The notes beneath the pieces were generated by a model, which was given only the letters and a program-made list of their open reading frames with translations, did no database searches and had not been told where the DNA came from. A DNA stretch of 56,981 nt, counting the filler, from Dimargaris cristalligena (taxonomy: Eukaryota): NCBI GenBank assembly GCA_003614675.1. It is 6 parts of 6 records of this genome, joined end to end, with 100 filler letters (N's around TTAATTAATTAA, not from the genome) between each part and the next. Parts side by side here need not be neighbours in the genome. Positions count along the whole stretch, not along the records: positions 28,645 to 38,032 come from ML003263.1; positions 38,133 to 47,511 come from ML003264.1; 4 more parts are not named here. One strand, 5' to 3'. Positions 34,601-47,611 of this stretch are shown here, in pieces (the stretch's first letter is position 1; each line of letters begins with the position of its first letter). Both the position numbers and the translations under genes were made by a program.

Positions 34601-36966
34601 TCCGTCATTGGGGGAGTCACTGGCCGGGAATCCACTTGCTTGTCCATCGAGGGATGGCGACTGGCCGCGGAAGGCACTGGGCCCGAGTCGCCGGCAGCCA
34701 CCACGGATCGATTGGCCGGGGTGGGGGCTTGGGAAGCAATCATCTCGGCGAGTGACACCCGACTGGCGGCCCGGGATACCGGATCGGCCACCGTAATCGG
34801 AGGGGTTCCTGGTTGAACCACCGACCGGTTAGCCAAGGATGCACGGCTAACGGGTTGGGACGCCCCACTTGCCTGGACCTCCGGCGGCGCAGGCTGGTCC
34901 GGCAGGAGCGCCTCGTCGTCGACCTTAACGGGCGGGGGAGACTCCGCCAAGGCCAGTTCCGTAGCGGAGTCGTGGCGGGACAAGCGGGGGGTGGAAACAG
35001 CTTCCAGGCCAGCCAGCGATACCCGGGAAACATTGGACTGCGACGCGCGGAAGTGACCACTACCGGTACCTTGCACCGGCGCAGGGTTCACCGACTCCGA
35101 GGCGGGCTGGGCCTCTTCCGCAGCATGGGTACCCGAACGGCCAGGGGCCGGAGACGCGGGCAAATTGACGCGGGACTGGCTTCGGGTGGGTGAATTCCGT
35201 TTGGAAAGGGAATGGCGGCTGGCCTTTAGACTGGGGGACGGCCGGCCTGACGAACGCCGGGAGCGGATTTTAGGCGAGGCGGCGGGATCCACCAGGGACG
35301 CGCGGGACTGTCGAAGGCTGGGGGGTTGGGAGTCCATACGAATCGGGGTTCGTGGGGAGAGGACGAGGTCGCTAATCTGGGATTGGGTCAGTGAAATGTT
35401 CCCCGTGGGCTCGGCTGCCGGTTCCTCCGCTATACTGGTGTCCTTAACCAGGCTGGCATTACTATGTTTATGAACCGCGTCGCCGGGCTGTTCCAGCTGC
35501 GACCGTGACATACGGGCACTCTGCTCAGCCCCCGCCTTTGGCAGCGAACTGGGCTGGGGGGATTGATGGGTCGAACCATGAGGAGGGGATACTGGGGCGG
35601 TCGGCTCGGCCAGGGGCTCGGCTACCACGGAAGTCCGGGAGCGCGGGGCAGAGGGGGGAGGGGCATCCTCCGGTGGGACGGGGGCAGAGGAATGCGTCGA
35701 CTTTACGGATACCCGGGAGGTCGATGGCTCCGGGATGGGGGCCGCCCCTTCGTCCACCTCCACCTGAGCTAGCTGGGACCGAGATGCATGGACACTGGGC
35801 ACGGCACTGGCTAGCCGACCGCCGGAGTTTTGGGGTGAAATGTGGGGGGAAGGGACGGCCGACACCGGATCGGCCAGCAGAGACCGGGATGCGTGAACGC
35901 TACTCGCTTTTGGTTCGATGGAAGCCAGGGGCTCGGGCTGGACAACGGTATCCAGCTGGGCCAGACTGGCGGTGCGGCTGGGCTGTTGGGAGTGCGACCG
36001 GGACCGGGCTGCTGCAGCCGGTGTATCGACTACGGTGGGGGGCAGCTCGGCGGGTATTACCGAGTCCAATGGCTCCGCCGGGTCAGCATCGTTCAGCATG
36101 GAGGTTACCAGCGGCTCGGGGCCGGCCATATCTAAAACCATGCTCGCCTTCTGGGTCAGAAGATCAATGGAATTCTCGATATCCTGTAAATCGGGATCGG
36201 TGGTGGCCAGATTCAGCCGGCGACTGCTGCCGTGGAAGGAACTCGCGACTAGGCCGGCGGATTCCATCGGGGGCGACATGGGGGCGGGGATATTGCCCTC
36301 CTCGGCCACGATGGAGTCGAAAAAGGAGCTTTCGGTTGAGTCCGAGCGGTTCCAGTGGGTGGGCAAATTCGGGGTGGAAATAGATATGGTGGGGACGGTC
36401 TTGCGGCGGGCGGAGCGCTCAACTCCCGACGGAATGATGCGGGCGCCCACCATAGGCCAGCGGGCGGGATCATTGGACGCAATAGGCTGGGTGCCAGCCG
36501 AGGGGAGGGGCTGGCCCTGGGAACGACCCCGCAGCCGGTTGGCCTGAGTGGCGGCGGCGCGGGCCAGGAGGGTGGAAGCGACGGGCGGCTGGTTATGGTG
36601 CTGGAGAAGCGACTCCAGGCTGCTGTCGAGACTGCTGAAACTCGAGGGACCGTCGGAATACTCGTTGGTGTAATGGTGGACCCGGTTAAAGGTGGCCCGT
36701 GACCGAACGTTTAGGGGAATCACGGTCAACCGGAGGCAGCGGGCACCGGTGGGATCGAGCAGGGGAATGATTTCGCGGAGCTCAAAAGTAGAGCTGCAGG
36801 TGATTAGCTCGCCTTCCTCGTCCTCGTACTGGAGGTAAAAGGGAAAGTCGATATGGAAGAGGGAACGCACGTTGTGGTCCATGGCGTCCCAGGTGAGCTC
36901 GGTGTCATCGTTGAAGACGAATTTGCGGACAACGCTGCGGAAAGTGAGCTGCAGGGCGAACGGCAT
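28645..36966 (-). CDS. Giant (>2770 aa, 3' truncated) PB1-domain protein with a large S/P/A-rich tandem-repeat region
   Basis: Uninterrupted 8.3-kb ORF from ATG 36966 (MPFALQLTFRSVVRKF...); PB1 OPCA motif LQYEDEEGELITCSS; remainder looks disordered. Confidence 0.85.
29790..33860 (-). repeat. Coding tandem array, ~40 units of 102 bp (34 aa)
   Basis: Consensus SKQASRQPTAAPSPALAPTEPAEVLEASHHSLAx; about 41 core units counted by eye (a few with in-frame indels), plus 3 degenerate units on the N-terminal side. Confidence 0.95.
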
Positions 36967-38032
36967 GGCGTGGGTGTGGGGAGTAGCGGGAGGGAGGGAG
37001 GGAGGGAGGGTCGCGGGGAATAAAGCGGTGGATAACAAGGGGGAACCGGCGGTAGACGCAGGGTTTAAAAGTATTGGTTTATACCGAGCCACGGCGGAGC
37101 CGGGGATTGAAAGTGAAAGTCGGGGGAATTCTAGAATAGCTCGAAATAGACGAGTAAAGGTAACAAGCGCGGCCGGGACGGCGGCCACGGGCGGGAGAGG
37201 TGGTTGGAATTAAAGGAAGGTTTATGTTCTAAGGCGGAGGCTAAATGGAGGCGGAGTGTGCCGGGTACCGAGGGCTTTATATATAAATATTTAAAAAGAG
37301 AATGAAGAAGGCGGGTTGGCAAAGCACTGACAGCATGGTTAGCGTAGGAAGAGGCGGTGTTGGGGCACGGCGCAGGTGGAACAAAGAAGTTTGCGGGTGG
37401 GGGGTTGTTATTAAACAGGCCACGCCTTCAGGAATTCTGACTTGGGCCAGCCGGGAAACAATGGGGCGACCGAGAACCTCACCGGTGGTGTAACCAGGGC
37501 TGTATATCCACACTCGGCCTCACTATAACTACTACTATACTACCCTACAGTAATCACGGCTGACCTTTTCCTTCTGTATCGTCGTGCATCTTTCCCGGCG
37601 CCTGCATGCCGCCCAAACGATGCCCCAGCCGGTTTCAATAAATCTTGGAAATAACTCGCAATTATACCCCATGACCTTCCATCGACAAGAAACCGTCTCT
37701 CTGATGCATTTCCCTATATCGCTCGTGACCATCACTGGACCATCCTCCCCTCGCAGTGCTCCATCGCGAAGGCCACATGGCGGTTAATCAGCCCTCTAAC
37801 CCATTAATCAAACAACCCTCCGCCGCTGTTCGTTTAGTGAGGGTTACCAGAGAATCGCCAAGCTCGGGGCTTCGATGCAGAAGAGGATCCGGCCAGAATC
37901 TACCCCCACTAGCCCTTGCAAAGTAGGACAGCCCAATGAAACTTGGCTTCATATCCCCAACTTTAGCCCTGGCCTATTCTGGGGCTCTCGTACACGTGTA
38001 ACCACCCCCTTATCAGTAGGAACTGACATCTC

Positions 38033-38132
38033 NNNNNNNNNNNNNNNNNNNNNNNNNNNNNNNNNNNNNNNNNNNNTTAATTAATTAANNNNNNNNNNNN
38101 NNNNNNNNNNNNNNNNNNNNNNNNNNNNNNNN
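38033..38132. other. Artificial contig-joining spacer
   Basis: N44-TTAATTAATTAA-N44. Confidence 0.98.
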
Positions 38133-38843
38133 TTTTATTACCTATCTTTTCAAATAAAGTTCAGTTTTCAAGGATTTGATTTCAGTTCTTTACAGTGGTC
38201 ATTGTTGTCCATGGTTATGCTTCAGATATCAAGGCTCCCTTACTGCCAAATACTATAGAACAGTAACATTGCTAAGTTTGGCCTATTTCAGCCCCTAAAT
38301 AATACTAGCATAATGAATTCATGTTTAGTTGGGACATTGTGTTCACCCTTCTAATTAAACCAAAATATGAAATCTGCAGGCCTAGTTCTGTTACAAGTAA
38401 CGATTCCAAGAACCAACTTATTCCTAGAAAATGGTGGGTTGTTCACAAATAAAAGAGCACCCTGTCCACTTATAAATGCACCTATTACCTCATATCCCCT
38501 CTTCCATTCTATTTTTCTTGCCTGTACATATACAGCTGTTTTGGCTGTATTTCCCTTTACATTGATTGAGTGTCAGAGTACATGGGTAAGGATATTGTTC
38601 CTTCAAGGTATAGCCCCAGCAAGTGCCATTCAGTAAGATTTGGAGTGTGTCATATAAATAAGGTTTAGTTCTTCCATAAAGGGTTTTTACTTCTATACAA
38701 TGTGAATATTGATTATGTATCATAACTCTTCCTTTTTCCAATACACTATTGTAGGAGGAATCTGCCTGTCTTGACTGCATCTAGCACCATGATCATAATA
38801 TTTCCTATTGTAGGACTATTTAAATATACTTGAAGTTATATGC

Positions 38844-39388
38844 TGTCACCTGGGTTAACTACCCTTAGTCCATCAAGAGTCCTGAGGATAATCTTCTAAT
38901 GGTAGGCAGGGCTTAGGCTCAACCAAGTGGGCTACTAGTGTTAGGGAGGGATCAGTACTAACCAATAAAGGATGAGTATAGGCTAATGCAAGGGACATGC
39001 AGCAGGCACACTTACTGGCTAATACAAGGGGTGAGTGTATAGGGAGTTTATTAAGGTAACTATGGGGGGTAAGGAATAAGCTAAGGAACTGAACTGGTCC
39101 TAGAGGGGCCCGGTTATTTATATGGGGACCACTCATAATAAGGGGTCCTTAAGAGCAATGGGATGACTAAGGAAGATGAGGGCCAGGGCCTTGGCTGGGG
39201 GGCTTGTATCCAGAAGACTCCACAAGAAAGGAAGAACATTGGATCAGCTGGTGGAGTATTGTGTGAGAAGGGTTGGGGCCTTGTCATAGTGGGTTATATA
39301 GCAAGAGAAGAGTAATAGGGTGCAATAAGGCAAGATCAGATGGGTCAATCAGTATTCCCATATTTAGGGAGGATTAGGTGGGCCGACA
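38844..39388. mobile_element. Solo LTR (545 bp), same family as 16257-16840
   Basis: Termini TGTCACC...GCCGACA; perfect 5-bp TSD TATGC at 38839-38843 and 39389-39393; shared blocks such as gtccatcaagagtcc and agggacatgcagcaggcacacttact. Confidence 0.9.
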
Positions 39389-41409
39389 TATGCCATACTG
39401 TCTTGGAGCAGAAACTTATGAAATATTCTTTTGAACTGGATACTTGGTATATTGTGTTAAATGATTGGCAAGCTGTGCCTTTACGGCCTTTATTTATTCA
39501 ATCTATGCCTTAGTTGAATTACAAGGTAATTATTTAACTTGATAATCAGTCTGCCCACCCCATTAGTTAGGCCATGATACTAAAGTTCTTCTGCTTGCGG
39601 ATTATGTATGGCATACCATGGCCGGGCTATAAACACCCTAACGTTGACATTCTTCCTTGCATAGGCCCCATTCAGCTTAAGGCTGACGGCTTCATTCTAA
39701 AGTCAATCAACCCTTATTCACATACTTTTTGGCTGTATCTCTTTGGGGCATACCAGCCGCTACCGCTGACAGTTGTTATAATTACTCTGGCTGGCCTCCT
39801 TGCGATTTTGTATGTAAATTCTTGGTGCAAAACGTCATTATCAGCACCACTATATTTTAACCGTTAATTATATTTTTTTATTGTATAGGCTCAGTTCTAT
39901 ACAAAATGTGAGCATTAGTGGGATAAACACTACCGTTTAATATTTTAGCCGACCCGCCCCTGTGCTCCATCCCGGATATTACTCATATAGTTACACCGAT
40001 AATATCCTATGATGAGCTTCTATGGATATGCCTGCCTTCAAAATCGAATAATTTATTTCGGATTTTTCTTTATTAAACCACTAGCAACCCAACAGATTCG
40101 GGGCGAGTAGCTGGCAAAAAAAAGGGTAAGCACTCCACCAAATGACCAATCTTTTAAACACATTTTCCCAACCGATCCCGTTAGCCATTTGTATTCCAAT
40201 ACTCATTCCCACAGACTCGAAAGGTCGTCCAGTTTACCAGCTATTTAGCTGCCCAAATAATACCTCGGTTGTATCCAAATACCCATCAGCGACGCAGTTG
40301 ATAGAAAGGCGATTTTTATATAAATCGGCCAAAATCGAATATTGCTTCATGAAATATACTATCAGGGGTGAAAATTCAATGATAAGGACAAACCAATGAA
40401 TATAGTTAAAAGTCCAGTGTTGAAGTAAGATTTAAATAGCGGTGCCGCATTCAAGGTGCAACAAGTATTAACAGTGATAAGCAGGTATAGCCAATAGTTG
40501 TTATAATAGACATACACGTAATCAAACTGGTCCATAGCAATACTGGTTTTGTAAGAAATAAGCTGTTGGACTAGAAGCGGCTTATATAATGGCCGCATTA
40601 CCCCGAAGACAGATGACAACAAAAATAACTTCCCAATTGTATGGTACATCGTATAGAACCCATGATAGTGGGCCTAATGGTGTGCAATTCTATAAGATTC
40701 TGCCTAGAAATGAATAAAACTGTTAGAATAGCAAATGGTATGAGCATGTTAATTAGGAAGAGGAACCGGTAGTAAGAGCTTTAATGATAGGGATGTGAGC
40801 GCTAGTAAACTAAAGGATCAGGATGCGTCGTCCATACACTTTTATACGACCTATAACTGACATCTAAAGGCATTGAGAGGGCCAGAAGACCTACATTATA
40901 CTTCCAAGAATAATGTATGCATGAACCAGTCATTAACCGACTATAGTGTTGTGGAAGTTTTTAGCAAGGAGTCCCTGGTCAGGTCAAGGGTGGCTGTAAG
41001 ACACTCTGGTTATCTGGCATAGCGGCCGGGGCTATAGTCCCAGAAGTGCCAGTGGACTCCAATGGAGCTGGGTTACTTTGGTGACTGGAGTTAAGCCCTG
41101 CCATGACTGCAGCTGCAACAAAACCAACGGGTGGCTGCTGAATATCTTAGCAGTAGCATACAGGGTGTAATGCACTTGTGTTTCTGTCTTTGTATGGGAG
41201 CCAGTAATTACCCAGGAATAATACTAGTTCGAATCATTCTGCCATTAGGGAAATCCACGCCCTAGGCTTTAAAAGAAAAATGCCCTAGAACCCTTAACAC
41301 TACTCGCTACATCTTAAATACCGGATTAGAATACGCGCAAATTGTGCATGCTATCGATGAAATAAAAAGTATTATTAACGTAATACAGCAGGCATCCCTG
41401 GCCTTTCGG

Positions 41410-42442
41410 TTAAACGGGTGGTTTGACCACTTTAATCTGGAATGTACACTGGGGTAGATTCGTATCCTTAATAGTGACTGTACAATCGACCCCCAAATTA
41501 GCCAGAATACCCCGAATAATGCCGCACGGGAACCACAAATACGGCGCGACCCGCTTGGTGGCGTGCACGACGCCGTCATCGCCGGACATGCGCAACAGCC
41601 ATTTGAATTTGTTGTCCTGTAGTATATATACTCCCCGGTGGTTGGTTTTCAGATTGTCGATTTGCTTACGGAACAGTTTAGTCCAGATGTCTTTGCATAC
41701 GAATTTGACCATATCCAGTGTGTCGGCGAGCCGCGGCCGGTCTTTGGAATACCGTTCCGCGAGGCGCTGCCCGACGCGGTAGCCGACCTGTTCAACTTTG
41801 TAGTAGAGGGCTTCATTGATATTATCGTCGGTTTCACTTGGCCGGGTCGTATCCGTCGGCCCGGTAGTGGAGGCCCGTGAACCTAGTTCGCTGTGTTGGT
41901 GAGTGCCCGATTCCTAGGGATGAACGGAAGTATGGCCGTGAGCAAGCATATATATATTTAGAGGTATACTTGGCAACATGGATGAGAAGAGCAATGAGTC
42001 AAAGTACGTACATGGACACACGGGCGCAACCACCATGTAGCGGGTAGGCATTGGAGGCTTAGCCCCTATCCCAGTAGTATGCCCGACAGAAAATCCATTC
42101 ACCGTGACAGATACTAATAACGGTATTTAATAGACCGACAGGTTAACAGGACACCCAATAGACAATACTGGCGGGCGGCTATATGGGAGGGCCCTGGGAT
42201 TGTCCCATTGGCCTTATGAGGGCGAGGTAAGGGGAAAGGAGAGGACGTCTTACCTGGAGACTAGGGTCCTGGTCAGACTTAGTCGAAGTCGCATCTGAAC
42301 TTGCCCGAAGTGCGGCGACCATTTCGATAAACAGATAGTCGAAACAGGCCTCATTGACTAGGGGCAGGGGGCTCGGGTTGGAAGACTGCGATTCGTCCAG
42401 CGTTAGCTGGCGAAAGAGGTTGATGGCCGAGGTAATTGACAT
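41410..42442 (-). CDS. TRS33: TRAPP complex subunit Trs33/TRAPPC6 (exons 42442-42254 and 41913-41410, ~230 aa)
   Basis: VNEACFDYLFIEMV; KVEQVGYRVGQRLAER; KFVCKDIWTKLFRKQIDNLKTNHRGVYILQD; PCGIIRGILANLG; phase-0 GT-AG intron. Confidence 0.93.
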
Positions 42443-43003
42443 GGTCGGTTCGGGAATGCTACTGCAGATGGCAGGAAATGAGAGGACCTAATGTGTCGGG
42501 ATATGTACTGTGGGGATGGAGGAATGGGGAAGCAGCCGTTAGAATGGGGATAGGCTGTAACGAATAAAGGAATGGAGAGGCGAGGAAACTCTGATACCTA
42601 GTAGATGTGGTGAGGGAGGCCATAAAGCTCATTTCAATTCACTGTATCACTTCAACCAATGGCTTGTATAGCTATTGCTACAACAAGGGACAAGTGGTTG
42701 CAGATGGCCCTAGGCAAATCGAGACCAAGGCTCAGCATAAATTCACTATGTAATGATTAGCCTTACTTATATCTACTACGCCAGCATCTGCCACAGATAG
42801 GAGGTTATTCTACAGCCAGCGGCGCATTAAGCCTGGCCTACTGGGCCATACAAGCGTTATTTAAGTGCAATTCACTTTATTTTAGAATAAGCAAAATAAT
42901 GTTCACTTCATAACCTCTGAAAGGGGGTGGTAGCCATACTTGATAAGGATTTCTTAAAAATAACAAAATGCGGTAATCTGTCAACAGTAGTTTGGTGTTT
43001 GCT

Positions 43004-46000
43004 TTAGCAGGACTCGGCCATGGCTATCCACATGGTATCACCCGACTGGAAACCACAATCCTCCAGGGTTTGGAAGTTGCGGCCAACGACCCGAGTGACC
43101 TACATACCACGGCCGCCAAATGAAAATACATTAAAATGAATCTCATTAGTATATCATTTTACAGCATATGTCTTGGAAAATATAAGCTAGACGATTCGCT
43201 AAAGGGATGGGTCGTACTTTGAAAATAATGCCTGAAGGAATGCCTGAAAGAAGCGACTGGTATATACTACTTACCTCGGAATCGGCATTCTCGTGGTATA
43301 TCTCCACCTGGCCAGGCATTTGCAATAGTTGGCCACACTTGGTCCTGAAGTCACGAATGGTGATTGTGGCTATTAAGATGCAACGGCATAAAGCAATGGC
43401 ACAAAAAGTATTGAATTAATACGGTATATGGTCATTTGGACAATTATGTCGGGACATAATGGCTGAGTGAGCAGACGCAGTGCTTCATAGACTAAAATCC
43501 GGTTGGTTTAGAGGAAATACACTTACGAATGACCCTTTTGGTGAGCGTCACCATCGGCTGGGAGGTACTCTTCGGGCTGCCCGTCTGGATAGTCAGCTCT
43601 GAGAATAGAGAAGGCATGGATTTTAGAATTATAATATATAGAGTAGTCGGTTTGGTGGCAAAGAGATTAGATTAGCTGGGCAGGAGTGAGCCTAATGTAC
43701 TTGAGCAGGTGATTGTAAAAATATGAAGTAACATTCAATCGGTACCCATTGACTGAAGGGAACGTTTCCGGGAAATACCAATGGACCAAGATATGTTAAA
43801 CTATTTGAGACCAGTTCACATTATGAGAAAAATGACACGCCGACAATATGAGGAAACCTACCAATCACGCGGGATGCCAAGGTATCAGAACTGGGCTGTT
43901 GTTTAGTAGCATTAGGGAGCCCGTGAACTGGATAAATTAGACAAATATACATTGACATTATGCCCGAAATAAAATCTTGTGAGCTATACTAGGGTAGAGT
44001 AGACCAAAGTGGCCCAAAATTCAACCAATGGGGCAGTCCTAGTGTATACAGATATGTGAGCGGCTAAGAATAGTCGCACTAAACTTAGCGGTATTAGCAC
44101 CCCATTATCGAGGGGCCATTTTCGATCGGAGCCCTTCGCCTCATGACAGGTCCAGCGGTATATACTTACGAGCAACTAAATCACGATACCGCGGGTGATT
44201 GGCGGATATGACATCGGCATCCAGGGCCGGGAACTCTTCGGCGATCAACTTCAGATAGTACAGCTCAATGTCAGTGCGTTCCCGTTTCTTGACCTGTTCG
44301 TGATAAACCCCATTTAAAAAATAAAGCGGGCAGATTTTATGGCGGGTCAGTCGAGCCGGATTGAGGTAATTATGTAAGAGGCTGGATTCCAAAGTCAACG
44401 AAAGAGATATAGGTATGAATCTGCTCTTCCAGGATAACGATCAACTGATTCTTACCTCACTTCCATTTAGCATGGTAATCTTAGCCAGATGTCCAACCAG
44501 AAATAAACGGGCTCGGTCCACAGAAATACCTACCGATCGAGGGGTAAATCACATGCATGATCGGGGGAGTTCAGTTAGCAATTGAGGGACTAAATAAAAA
44601 TTGAGAGAGAATCCAGTCCGAGGTATATAAATACAACACCTAAGCAAGGACAATGTCCCAAAGTACAATTAAGGTTGGGATTCTAATCGGGTCTATTTAA
44701 AAATGAGACATACCTTCTACCACTGGATTATCCCGGAAACGTAGGGCACTCAGTTGGGGAAACTTGTCGAGCTGATCCACAGCCGCCCAACTAGCCAGAC
44801 GGTTACCGTTAATATTCAGGGAGACTAAAGTACGAAATGGGACCTTGCTACTCTCGCTGGACGATTCAGTGGGGTAAAACAAATCGGCAAGCTCGTTGTT
44901 TTGCAAGTCGAGCGAAGTGAGGTTAGGCAACTGGCCGAGGGGGGCTATTTCGGACCAAGCACTCAAACCATTGCCCTCGAGCGACAAGTGCCGCAAGGCC
45001 TGTAAATGGTTGGATAAGCAGCCGGGGATTGAGGTATCTAGGACCGATCCCAGTCGGGTGATGCCGTTGAATCCCACGGATAGGGTCTGTAGTTGGGGAC
45101 ATTGGCGCGCGATACTGATTATTTGGGGCCAATGGAGCTGGGTGTGGTTCAGGGCGACTGTTCCCAGATCGAGGGATTTGTGTTGGTCGGTATCAAATGC
45201 AACGGTCTCTGGACCGATGTTATTATCGCTAAATGCCCATAGTCCAACAATAATTTGGGCAAATCCCGAAATATAAGAAGAAGGTTAAAGTAGCTGGATC
45301 GGCCGAGCAATTTTCATGTTCGAGGTATTATGGATTCCCGGTTGGGTGGGCTGAACATGGTCGGTAATGACAAAAGTCGGCTGAATTCCAATACCAACCA
45401 CCGCTTAGACAACCAATGGTGGATCAATACTGATATATATACGATATATCCATACGAACAACAACCCCGATTGATCTAGTTTAGCTTACTTGGCTCGTAG
45501 AAGTCGGAGGCTTGGTAAAGCCTGGGCGATGTTCCAGAGGTCCGCCCAATCGCGCAGCAGGTTTCGGGACAGATCAAGCTCCTCGGCCGCTAATGTAATA
45601 GGCAAATAGCCCCAAGGGGCAATCAAATGAATGAAGCAATAGCATAATGTTTAGTAGGCCAGAATATACCACAGGCCCGTTGGTGGAGAAGTCGAGACAG
45701 TGGGATGGGGGGAGAGACCCGGCAGATTATTAGGAATGGGTGACGCCTGCTAACCTACAGTGCGATAAATGGGCTAATATGGCGAAGAAAATCAAGAATT
45801 CCTCTTACCTGGACACAACGAAGTGATTGTTTCTGCATCGCCACCTAAGCCATCGATGGCCTGATTCGCCAGGCCGATGGTGCGTAAGGTATGCAGTTGA
45901 CTGAAGCGACCCTGAGCCCGGTCCCATCCACAGGTCTGCACGGCAACGCCCGAATCCCCGAGGAACTGGGGTTCCGCCGCCGAAGAAGCCGCTTCCGGGT

Positions 46001-46388
46001 TCGGGGTTGAATTCGAGTTGTCATTCAAACTCGACCCCGGGCCGGCCAACCGGTGGGCCAGGGCCACCAGTTCCTCCCGTTTCGCTACGCCCTCGAGGGC
46101 CCGGTCAACTACCTGTCCGCGGGCCGTTACCAGATACTTCTGAACGAGGGCCTCAAGGAAGGTCTGGCCCCAGCGTAGGGGAAGATGGGGACGGAGGAAG
46201 GACCCCGCGACAGGGGTGGCGGTGGTGAAATAACGCACACCACCCTTACTACCGTCGTGCCTGCCTCGGGTGGGGTCATCCCATTCCACCCCCAGCCAGA
46301 GGTCGGGTGTGCCGGCTACGGGGCCTTCGTAGCGTAATGTACCCCGGGCCCCCTGGTATTCAAAGCGACGATTGATGCGGCTGGACAT
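43004..46388 (-). CDS. TBCE: Tubulin-folding cofactor E (TBCE/Pac2/Alp21), about 9 exons
   Basis: CAP-Gly domain GTLRYEGPV..WLGVEWDDPTRGRHDG; LRRs (EELDLSRNLL, LRHLSLEGNGL, LTSLDLQNNEL, LRFRDNPV); ERTDIELYYLK; UBL-like end TLEDCGFQSGDTMWI. Internal exon boundaries are approximate. Confidence 0.9.
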
Positions 46389-47511
46389 GGGAAGAACTGA
46401 GTTGGGTTGGACTGGGCTGGGCTGGAAGGATATAAGTTGGAAATATCGGAAAGGTGAAATAGGACTGTACTATTATGGAGGCCCAAGGATAAAACGAGAA
46501 TAAAAGGGAGGAGGGAAAAAGACAACGCAATGAGCCCGGCCCTTCCCTTTGTTAGGAATGCAGTTTACAGTACACTAAGGCAGGTCAATGGGTCTTACTC
46601 GTCCGCCCCCGGGCTTGCGTAAGTCAAGGGGGCTCTAAAATGAACTCGATGTACATAAAAATTAAAGGGAATAGGATTCTCGATTGCCTTGGGGTAGTAA
46701 ACGGGGAGAAGAGAAGAGGGGATATAAATTGTATTTATCGAAAGCGCCAGCCCACAAATACGGGTCCTCTAAGTGAAACAAGGGCCACCAGACTTTGTAT
46801 TTCGGTCATTACAGGCGAAATCAACTCGAGGATTTTATCTAGCAGTCGTCGCTTTTAATTAATTGAAACAGCGCGCATCCTCCAATAAAAAAACCTCGTG
46901 AGGCAACTATACCCTCACGCAACCGAAAACGGGGGCCTTTCCCATCTATTTTTGGTTTCGGTCTATGGCGTATGGACTAGGCCGCGATGCTACAACTCTC
47001 CCCCCCCCGTATCTCTCGCTTCACCCCGTTCGTTGGACAGCTGGTCGACGTCAAGTGTAGTAATAATCGCAACACTTAAGCCCTCTCGAGCTGCTAGATT
47101 GTCAAGCCTTTCAACTAGATAGACGTAAATGACTAATGTAATGTGAAGGGAAGAGATACGCGACTAGGAATATCGGAACGGGGTACATAAGTAAAGCAGT
47201 CTTAGTGTCCCTGGTTATCCGTTGCAAGCCCAAGAGTACCGGTCCCATTCGCTTTGTCCTGTGGCACACTCATCTACTCAAAGGAGCGACTAATGCGGGT
47301 TATCGAACAAAGGAAGGGGGTTGAGGGAGGGATACCTCCTCCTTTATTTTCGCTCTTATGCGGGTGGATAGTGCCTGTTGGGCTAGCGTTTTATTGCAGC
47401 ACACAGACTAACTAGGATGAAGCTATATACATTTAACCATACGTAAATCGGTGACAGCATAAATACCGTCGGTGCCGCTGCCATTTACTAACAACTATCG
47501 TATTCCTCGGC

Positions 47512-47611
47512 NNNNNNNNNNNNNNNNNNNNNNNNNNNNNNNNNNNNNNNNNNNNTTAATTAATTAANNNNNNNNNNNNNNNNNNNNNNNNNNNNNNNNN
47601 NNNNNNNNNNN
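47512..47611. other. Artificial contig-joining spacer
   Basis: N44-TTAATTAATTAA-N44. Confidence 0.98.

Noticed and set aside
28662-37213. Many plus-strand and alternate-frame ORFs overlapping the giant gene (similar ones overlap BRF1, HEN1 and CaMK)
   Set aside because: Shadow ORFs expected from GC-rich, repetitive coding sequence; no recognisable motifs.
38133-38840. Possible degenerate transposase or pol fragment next to the solo LTR
   Set aside because: CpG-poor and repeat-like, but no DDE, RT or integrase motif could be read in the frames I examined.
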